Shown here one piece after another: positions 7,944 to 17,079 of a stretch of DNA of 20,158 nucleotides (the stretch's first letter is position 1; each line of letters opens with the position of its first letter). Under the pieces are notes generated by a model that was not told the DNA's origin, made no database searches, and saw nothing but the letters and a program-made list of their open reading frames with translations. The stretch spans positions 1 through 20,158 of the IMG/VR virus record IMGVR_UViG_3300031760_000027; one strand, given 5' to 3'. This stretch comes from a virus. Lineage: Duplodnaviria > Heunggongvirae > Uroviricota > Caudoviricetes. The translations under genes and the position numbers were made by a program.

Positions 7944-8525
7944 ATGAGTACAATGGGTGGGATAGCCATGTATAGAAAAATAGACTCTGATATAATGAAA
8001 TTTGCTAGGGCTTTTGGAAAAGCTATAGTAGCTAGGGCTACAGTAGAAATAAATGAATACGCTATAAAGGCTTTATATGATTCTTATTACTCTCAATATA
8101 ATCCCACCTATTATCAAAGAACCGAACAAATGTTATTTAATTCTTATGAACGCTTTATGGTTACTTCTGACACTAGGTGTGAGGGTGGAATAAGAATAAA
8201 AAATAAAGGTATATTTTATAATTTAGGGGGTAGAAATATAACGACTGAAGAAATCGTAGATAATGTTTGGATGAGGGGGTCGCATGGTTGGAGAATATCA
8301 TATTATAAACCATTACCTAGAAATCAAATGTCTAAAAAAAAAGAAAAAGACCTCTTTTTTAAAAATTGGACGAATGAAAAGCATTGGCAAGAAATTATTA
8401 CTACTCCCACACCCTATGATTATTTATGTAATATTGTATATAGTGACAAGTATAAAAATTCTTTAATTGAATACGGACTAACTATAGCCAAATCTCAAAG
8501 ATATACATATTTAAATTTTGGCTAA
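7944..8525 (+). CDS. Hypothetical phage protein directly upstream of the tape measure gene
   Basis: RBS AGGAGG at 7931-7936, 7 nt before ATG 7944. 193 aa; motif YSQYNPTYYQRTEQM resembles virion morphogenesis proteins of this phage type. Confidence 0.55.
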   Translation: MSTMGGIAMYRKIDSDIMKFARAFGKAIVARATVEINEYAIKALYDSYYSQYNPTYYQRTEQMLFNSYERFMVTSDTRCEGGIRIKNKGIFYNLGGRNITTEEIVDNVWMRGSHGWRISYYKPLPRNQMSKKKEKDLFFKNWTNEKHWQEIITTPTPYDYLCNIVYSDKYKNSLIEYGLTIAKSQRYTYLNFG

Positions 8526-8542
8526 AGAGAAAGGGGGTTTAA

Positions 8543-11500
8543 ATGGCAGGCAATAAAGCACAAGCGGTTATATCCATAGTAACCAATTTAGAAGATAATT
8601 TTTCAACTTTGAAGAGTAAATTCGGAAAGCAAATTAAATCTCTACAAGAAATGTCCGAAATAGAAATTAAAGTCAAAGAAGATAGTTTAAAAGAAGCTTT
8701 TAATGATAGTGGAATAGAAAGTTTAATTAATAAAATTGAAAAAAAAGGTTTAAATAAACAATCTTTTAAGGGGATAGATACTACAGGTATTTATGACAAA
8801 ATTTGGGATACTTTATTAGGAGATGGAAAATTAGATGAAAAAAAAGCTGAATTAGAACGAATGTTTAATTTAATTGAAAATACAGCAAATAGATTAAAAA
8901 TGAGTTCAGAAGCTTTTAAAAGAATAGACGTAGCAGGAAATTTTCGAGAAATAGTAAATAGTGATAATATTTTAGATATATTTGATGAAATAAATAAAGT
9001 TGACAGTAAATATAAATTTAATGAACTTAAACCAAATGCGCAAGCTAAAATAATCAACGCCATTGCGGGACAATATTCAAATAATATAAAAGATAAATTA
9101 GCTTCAATGTCAGTTTTAGATTTTTATCAAAAAACTAGAGGAGATAAATTTATAAATAATCGTGGTAAATTACGAGATAAAAATATTGGGACATATGCTG
9201 AAGCAAATATAGGAAATATAAAAAATGAAACAGACCTTCTAGTTACACAATTTGCTAAATATTGGGATAGTGATAAAGGATATTTAGACATAGATAAACT
9301 TGAAGCTGAAGGTAAAGTAGATATACAAGCAATGAAAAGACTTTTAGCGTTAATGGAAGAACGTGAAATTATTGTTAAAGAATGGGATAAAATTAATAAT
9401 AATTTAACACTTAAAGCAACAGGTAATTATGAAAATGCTAAAAAGCAATATAATGATTATTACGATTTATCTATGGGATTAACTGGGGACGAAGAAAATT
9501 ATGAAGAACTTGCTAATGAATATGATAAAAAAATGAAAGAAGCAGAAGATGTTATTCGGAAATATGAAGACTATCAACAAAAACGTGAACAGTTAAGAAC
9601 AATAATAGCAACCAGTGAGAATATTGCAGTTAAAGGAGCAAATGAAATAATAAAATCATTAGAAAAAAAAAGAGGAAGTGATAAAGAAGGAGAAAGAAAA
9701 GGATTATTAGGAGATAAAAAAGATAAAGAAGATGAGATTGCCTATTTACAAAATACTATAAATAAATTAAATCCTGAAACGCAAAAAGACAGTATTGATA
9801 AAGCAAAAAGGCAGATAGAAGAAGAACAAAAAAAAGTAGCACAAATTCAAAGCGAAATAGAAAAAAATGATGCAGAGTTAACTAAGTGGCAAGAAATTCG
9901 ACTTAAAGCAATACAGGCTAGGGATAATAAAGTTAGAGATTTTATGGCAAAGGATAAATCGGCTGAAACTATTAGAGAATCAATTACCCCATATGTTGAT
10001 GATAAAATAAATTATGATAATCGTTATGCGATTGAAGAAGAAGGTCGGCAATATGCTAAAAGTTATATATCTGCTTTAACTACTGAATATGATTCGCTTT
10101 TAAATGCAGAAAAAGAAGCTATAGAAAATTATATTCTTAGAAGATATGGATTGATTGAGGGACTTGAAGCTAAACAAGCGGCAATTGAGAAAAAAAGAGC
10201 CGCTTCTTTAGCCAAAGGAGCAAAAAAACAAACTGAAGAAAATCAACCACAAGAAGACCCTTATGAAAAAGCGATAAAAGATAGGACTAGAGCAATAGAA
10301 ATTGCGAATAAAAGATTACAAGATGAAGAAGCTAAATATGCAACTGAAAGACAAAAAAACGAAGGGCGAATGCAAAAAGGCGTTAATGAATCATGGTATA
10401 AAGATTGGATGAGAATAGGAGATAAAGAAATTTTAGGCTCATCTTCTCATAATACAAATTATTTTCCAGATATAAAATTTAGATTAGAATCTTTAAAAAA
10501 AAACAATTTAGAAAAAGAAGAGCAAAATTTTATTGAGCAATTTGGGAAAGACAAATATATAGAAACTGGGTTACAAGAAAAAACTGAACGAATTAAAGAC
10601 AGTATAAATAAACAAATTCAAGAAGTCGAAGCAGAAATGGAAAAAGTACGAACTTTAAGAGCAGAAGCTATAGAAATAAATGATAAAATCAATAATGAAA
10701 AAGATAGTAAAACAAAAACTTTTGGATTAGATGATGAAACTATAAATAAACTTGAAGCAAGTTTTTCAAAATTAGGAGAAGCTTTAGAGTCAATTTCAGG
10801 TACTTTTAGGATTACGGAAGAAAGTTTTAGCCCTCTTATTACTTCATTAGAAAATATTTTAAAATTGTTAATCCAAATTAATACCGTTCAAGATGATGTT
10901 GAAAGTGGATTTAATTTTGAATATGTTACAGGAGTGGGGGAGGCTAAAGAAATTAAATCTGCTCGTGTAGCTTCTTTAGGCGAAACTTTAGCTAATATTA
11001 AAAATTTAAAAATTGATACTAGTTCTTTCGATTCTTTTGACCAATTAGCCGTAAAAACAAAAGAAATTTCAGATGATTTACGAATTATAAAAGAAGAATG
11101 GGGTCATCTTTTTAAAGATAAATTAGATATGAGTTCGTTCGAAAAAGTCTCAAGGGCTTTAGAAACAATTATAAATCAATTAGCAAATTTATCTGATAAA
11201 GGGATTCAACAAGTTACCCAAACAATAAGTGCAGGAATGCCTATGGATGGAGAGGGTAATTTAGGGGGATTTGAAAGTGCCAGAGAAAAAGTGCAAAGAA
11301 TGATACAGGAGAAAATGCAAGAAAATGCTAAAAATTTTGTTCAATCTTTAACTTTTACTCCTGAAGGGGTAGCTAAAAATCCTTCTGTTTTATTAAATTA
11401 TATTGAATCAACAAGAGCGAAAGCAATCGAAAAATATATTCCCATTCCTAAATTTGGAAAGAAAAAAAGAGAATTATATAATTTTGATGATTTAGTAACA

Positions 11501-14500
11501 AAATATGTAGGCACTCAAGGAATCCATTCTAATGACCCAAGAAAAACTTTTAATATTGAAAGTTCTGCTGATATTATAAATGATAGAATTAATTTAGCAT
11601 TAGGAAATTTTGCTAATAGTGGGGGAACTCAAGTTTTAGAGAATCAGTTACAATATTATGAAGAAGCATTACAAAGGATTATTGATAAACGTAGAGAAAT
11701 GTCTAAAATGATATTGTCTGACACATCTATTAAACAAATGATTCCAGATGATATAAAAGCAAAAGCAGAAGAAACATCTCAAGCCTTATATAAAATGTAT
11801 TCAGAGGGAAAACGTGGAACAGAAGAATATATTGCGGCTCAAATTCAATTAGAAAGATTATTAAGACAATCTGTTATTAATTATGGTGGTGGGGAAACCG
11901 CTAAAGGTGGTATTGAAAAATTAAATGCAGAAAATATAAAAGAAGCAGAATTAAAATTAGCAGAATTATGGAAAGAACAAGGTTCTAATTTTGACCTTTT
12001 TGCTTTAAAAAATACTGATTATTATAAAAATTTATATAAACCTAGTGTTAAAGACCCAACTAAACTTACAAGTGAACTTAATTCTATGCAAGATGTTCTT
12101 CTTAGAGGTTTAGGATTTGAAGGATTTACTGGAACTAATGCAGTTAATACTTTTTCTAAAATGATAGCAGATGCTGAAAGTTTAAAAACAATATTGAAAT
12201 ATATCCAAGATAATTATAATCAAATTAATCAAGCCGCTGAAAGATTAGCTAAATATGGAAGAGTAATAACCGCAGAAGCCCAAGAACAAGCAATAGCTGA
12301 AGGACAAGTAAACGAAGCTGTAGCAGAAACTAAATTAACAGAAGAAGCAGGAAAAGAACCTCAAGATTTGGTTAAAGACCCAAATAAAGATATAAGAACT
12401 GTTAAAGTAGAAGTTACAGTAGATGAAGAAACACTTAATGCAGTACAAGGGAAAATAGATGAGATTATTAATGGAGTTAATACCTCTATATCTAAGATAG
12501 AACCTATTACTTTTAAAGCTAATGAAGAGTCTATTGAATCTTTAAAATCACAAGTAAATGAAATAGTATCAAAAATTTTATCATTGGCTGAAAATCCACA
12601 AATTGCTATAGATTTAAAATATAATTCTCAATCATTAGCAGATATAAATGCTATTAGTGATGCTTTAGTTGAAGAATTAAATGCTAAATTTAGCAACATA
12701 CAAATTCAACCTAATTTACAGATAGATGGGTCTAAAATTGTTATTAATGGTTATCAACCTCCGACACTTCCAATGCCTGATGTTGTCACTCCCGAAGTGA
12801 AAGCCCCTATTTCTCCTGCTGTAGTGTCACAAACAAAACAAGCAGAAGCTGAAATTGAAGAGAGTATAAGAGGGGCAACAAATGCGGTTGAAGAAGAATT
12901 GACTTTGTTTGAAGAACCAACAGGTCAATTTTCTTTATTTGAAAATCTTAACACAGCTTCTGAAAACACTTCTAATACAGTTGTAAAAAATGCTAAAGAA
13001 ATGCGAGATGCTTTAGCATTTTTAAATGGTGGAATGGAAGGACAACTTACTATTAGTGACTATCAGGAAAGAATGAAAAATACAGAAGATAGGCTGTTAC
13101 ATGATGCTAATAGTACGTTAGCTTTATTAGATAAAAGAGTAGATAAAGCAGAAGGTGTAGATTTAAGTAAATATGATAGTGTAAGTACAGATAGTTTAAA
13201 GCGGATTAGAGAAGCAAAAGAAGAACTGAAAATTTATCAAAGACAATTACATAATATGTATAAAGATAATGGAGAAGCTCTTCGTGCTAATGCTCCTAAT
13301 AGGTTAGAAGAAATTTTAGATATTATTGAGAAAATAAAATCTACAATTACTGAAATAAATGATTTGTCTTTAAAAATTAATGTAGCTGATAGTCCAGAAA
13401 ATAGTGCTTTAAAAACTGCTGAAAAAGAAAAGAAAGATAGTATTAAAACTTTAGAAAAAGATTATGGAAAAGCAACAAAAAAAGGGTCTTATGGGTATAA
13501 TGATATTCTTAGTGCTAGTAATTTCCTTGATAAATATGATGGTGTTTCTACTCCTAGATTAGAGGAATATAGAACTAATTTAGAATTACTTAAAATGGCG
13601 AAAGAAGAAATTGAGGGAAGTTTTGATGCTTCTGGGAAATTAAAAGGAAATTATAAAGAAGTAGTAAATCATGTTAAAGCTTATAAAGAATTATTAGGAG
13701 AAATAAGAAAAACTCAAGAAGAAATAGGTTTAGAGGGAAATAAGGCTGAAGAAAATCAAATAATAAAAGATACTCAACATTTAGAAAAAACATATGGGCA
13801 AAAAAGTCAAGAAGGAACTTTATGGGCTAAAGACATTAATGATTTTGAAACTTATACTAAAACCTTTGATGATAGTTTTACTTCTGATAATTTAACAATT
13901 TTAAAAGAAAAAATAAAAGAAATTAAAGATTTAAGAACAGAATTAGCTACAAAATTTGACGATGAAGGGAAAATAATAGGAGACCCTAAAGAAATAACAG
14001 ATATAATTAATAAATATAACGAATTACGTGAAACTATTCTTCAATTAATGAATACTATGCAATCTGCTAATAGTCCTGAAAATAATTATTTAGAAGGACA
14101 AAAAACTCAAGCAATGATGGCATCATCCCAAAGAAGTGCTTTAACTTCTTTTAAAAATGCTAATGATAAATTAGATACTTTAAATATTTATTTTAATGAT
14201 GAAGATTTTAACAAAGGTTTTGTTTATACAGAAGAATATAAACAGTCTTTAGAAGAATTAAATACTAAAGCCAAAGAATTAAAAGAAACTTTAGCAGAAG
14301 TAAAGTGGGGAGACCCTAAAGAAGCTGAAGAAGCTAATAATAAAATAAAAGATTTTACATTACGAGTAAAAGAATTATCTAATGCTAATAGAGATATGGT
14401 TGCTAAAAGCGGAGGGAAACTTTCTAGAAATATAGCAAAGTTCCTTAATGATAATCAAGGTATCACAGAAAAAAGCAGAGAAACTTTACAAGAATATTTA

Positions 14501-15493
14501 GACATGTTAGCAAAAGGTGGAATTAATGCTAAAACTTTAAGAGAAATAGCAAATGGTTTTACTGAAATTCAAGCGGCTGAAGAAAGAGCAGGAAATACAG
14601 GCAAGACTTTCTTTTCTGTACTTCAAGAAAGAAGCCGTTCTTTAGTAGCATCTTTAATGACTTTTATGTCTTTTTATAGAATTATTGGATATATTAAACA
14701 AGGTTTTAATACTTTTAAAGAATTCGATTCAGCTTTAGCAGAAATGCAAAAGGTTAGTAATGAAACTATTAGTACATTGAAAGAATTTCAACAAGCAAGT
14801 TTTGACTTAGCTGATAGTATTGGTACTGATGCTCTTTCATTACAGCAATCTGTTGCTGAATTTATGAGATTAGGTCAAAGTTTAGATGAAGCTACTGATT
14901 CAGCCCAAGCCGCTAATATTTTATTCAATGTATCTGAATTTGATTCTGCTAAAGATGCTTCAACAGCATTAATAGCAATGTCTCAAGCTTATGATGAACT
15001 TAGTAATACACAAATTATTGATGTTATTAATAAATTAGGTAACGATTTCCCGATTTCAACAGAAGGACTCGCAACAGCTTTGCAAGATGGTGCGGCTTCT
15101 TTAACAACAGCAGGAAATGATTTCTATGAAGCCGCCGCATTAGTTACCGCAGGCAATAGAATCACTCAGGATCCTTCCAAGGTGGGCAAGGCGATGCGTA
15201 CCATTGCATTACGTTTAACTGGTACAGAAGCTTCTGCTGAAGAACTTGAAGCTGATGGAGAAGAAGTAGAGGGTATGATTAAGAATGTCTCTAAACTTAG
15301 AGATGTTATTATGCAAGCTACTAAAGTTGATAGCAATAATAATAAAGGTATTGATATTTTAAATGATGTAGGCGCATACAAAAGTACATACGATATTCTT
15401 TTAGAAATAGCAGAAATTTATGATGAAATTGTAGAGAAAGATAAACAATATGGTACTAAACAAGCAAACTTGCTGTTAGAAACAATTGCAGGT
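8543..15493 (+). CDS. Tape measure protein, exon 1 (2,317 codons)
   Basis: RBS GGGGG at 8533-8537. Long charged helical/coiled-coil protein. From about nt 14700 it has the TP901-type tape measure core (FDSALAEMQKVS...AEFMRLG...DVINKLGNDFPIST...TQDPSKVGKAMRTIALRL...LLETIAG). The exon ends at the group I 5' splice site (U15493). Confidence 0.85.
13290..14350 (+). repeat. Degenerate ~110-aa (about 330-nt) repeats within the TMP
   Basis: LEKDYG (13451) / LEKTYG (13781); GNYKE (13646) / GDPKE (13979) / GDPKE (14309); an exact 15-nt repeat GGAGACCCTAAAGAA at 13979 and 14309, 330 nt apart. Confidence 0.6.
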
Positions 15494-17079
15494 AGATTTT
15501 GCCTGAAAAATATGGAAACATATTTTTATAGAACACATTTAACTGCGTTGGTTGCCTAAAGCTTTACGCCACAATATAGGGGAAACTACTATATGAAGGA
15601 TTAAAAAGGTAAAGATGTTACAATGGCTAATTCGCAACGAAGTCCCTAAGTTATGCTTGCATAAAAGTGAATTTTATGTTATCATAATATGGGAAACGCT
15701 CAACGACCATCCCCATGTAGGGTTATTAATATAAATAATAACAATAGGAGTACGGCTCAAATCGTATATGGAGTGGGTGAAAACCCCTTAAATGGAAAAG
15801 GTGTGGCTCTTAACGTAAAGACGAAGAGTTAAAAAATGGTCTGAACTAATATGAAAGTATTAGTATTAATTATATATATTATTATAGAGGTAAAAAAATG
15901 AAAAAAATAGACGATAAAATTATTGATAGGGGTATAGAATTATTTAATCAAGGATATAAATTTGCGCAAATAGCAAGAGAGTTAAATATTTGTGAAGGCA
16001 CTATTCGGAAACATTTAAATAATCGAGGATATTATGGAAGAAGTGTTTTTGATAGGTTAAAAGAAGAGGACATAAAAGAAATTTCTATTTTATATTTAAA
16101 TAATAAATGGGAATGTATTTTTCAAAAATATCCTTTTTTAACTAAAGACAGAGTTTATCATTTGATGTCTAATAATAAAATCCATAAGGAGTCTTATTTT
16201 TGGACAAAAAATGAAGAAAAAATCTTGCAGGAAAATTATGGAAAAAGGACATTAAAAGAAATAAGGGAATTATTAAATAATAGATTTTCTGTAGGGAGTA
16301 TATCAGCTAAAGCTAAAAAGATGAATTTAACAAAAAATAATCTGTGGAGTTTAGAAGAGATAGAAATATTAAAAAATAATTATTCTAAAATTCCAATGGA
16401 TGAAATGATTAAATTATTACCAAAAAGGACAAAAGTCTCTATAACTTTAAAGGCTAATAGTTTAAAAATACCGTCTTATTTTGATTTATGTAATAAATAC
16501 TCTCAGAAGGATAAAGATTTTATAAAAAATAATAGCAAAATTCTTTCTGATAAAGAAATTGCTTTGATTTTAAATAAACCCTTGTCAGGAATCCAAGAAC
16601 AACGTAGGCTTTTAGGAATATATTATTTTGATAAAAATTATTCTAATTATGTTAATATATGTAAATTTTTGAGAGGTCATATTCAAAAATGGAAAGATGA
16701 ATCAATGAAAGCGTGTAATTATCAATGTATATTTACTGGTTCTAAAAATTATGAGATTCATCATATATATAGCTTTAATTTAATTTTAGCAGAAACACTA
16801 AGAATATATGATGATATTTATAAAATAGATTCAGATAATATTAATGATTATACAAAAGAACAACTAGATTGTCTATTAAGAATTTTTAATAAAATTCATA
16901 GTAAATACCCTTTAGGGGTTTGTGTTCATCCAAATATTCATGCTTTATTTCATAAAGAATATGGAACGGGAGGGACTATTCCTGAACAGTGGGAAAGATT
17001 TAAAAATGATTATTATAATCATAAGTATGATAATATATTTAATTAATAGTATGGATTTACGACCCATATTAAAATTTTG
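15494..17079 (+). mobile_element. Group I intron (IA2-like), 1,586 nt, carrying a homing endonuclease ORF
   Basis: P1: CAGGU|A (15489-15494) pairs with UGCCUG (15500-15505), with the U15493.G15501 wobble at the splice site. P10: GAUUUU (15495-15500) pairs with 3' exon AGAAUC (17081-17086). P2: AAAAAUAUG-GAAA-CAUAUUUUU (15506-15527). P3: ACACAUUU (15533-15540) / AAAGGUGU (15797-15804). P4 core: UGCG/CGCA. P6a: UCCC/GGGA. P7: GACCAU (15705-15710) / AUGGUC (15836-15841). Extra hairpins between P7 and P3' (P7.1/7.2-like). P8: GCUCUU/AAGAGU. P9: CUAAUAU-GAAA-GUAUUAG (15846-15863). Terminal G17079. Excision restores the reading frame IAG|KNRAS. Confidence 0.93.
15898..17046 (+). CDS. Intron-encoded HNH homing endonuclease with N-terminal HTH and tandem helical repeats
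   Basis: RBS GAGG at 15887-15890; lies downstream of P9 inside the intron. N-terminal HTH (FAQIARELNICEGTIRKHL), three ~48-51 aa repeats (WTKNEEKILQENY / WSLEEIEILKNNY / YSQKDKDFIKNNS), C-terminal CNYQCIFTG...EIHH...LGVCVHPNIHALFHKEYG. Confidence 0.8.
   Translation: MKKIDDKIIDRGIELFNQGYKFAQIARELNICEGTIRKHLNNRGYYGRSVFDRLKEEDIKEISILYLNNKWECIFQKYPFLTKDRVYHLMSNNKIHKESYFWTKNEEKILQENYGKRTLKEIRELLNNRFSVGSISAKAKKMNLTKNNLWSLEEIEILKNNYSKIPMDEMIKLLPKRTKVSITLKANSLKIPSYFDLCNKYSQKDKDFIKNNSKILSDKEIALILNKPLSGIQEQRRLLGIYYFDKNYSNYVNICKFLRGHIQKWKDESMKACNYQCIFTGSKNYEIHHIYSFNLILAETLRIYDDIYKIDSDNINDYTKEQLDCLLRIFNKIHSKYPLGVCVHPNIHALFHKEYGTGGTIPEQWERFKNDYYNHKYDNIFN

Noticed and set aside
7918-7946. Lambda G/GT-style -1 frameshift fusing 7285-7929 to 7944-8525
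   Set aside because: The downstream gene is in the -1 frame, but that frame has TAA at 7923 and there is no XXXYYYZ heptamer after it; the downstream gene has its own RBS.
7939-7947. ATG-ACA-TGA mini-ORF overlapping the 7944 start
   Set aside because: Its ATG is only 2 nt from the RBS, too close for efficient initiation; ATG 7944 has normal spacing.
8284-8466. Nested + strand 60-aa ORF
   Set aside because: Alternative frame inside the 7944-8525 gene, with no convincing RBS.
15730-15737. TATAAATA (T4 late promoter consensus) inside the intron upstream of the endonuclease; similar AATAAATAA at several gene ends
   Set aside because: This is not a T4-like phage, the site lies in an AU-rich hairpin loop, and such octamers are expected by chance at this AT content.
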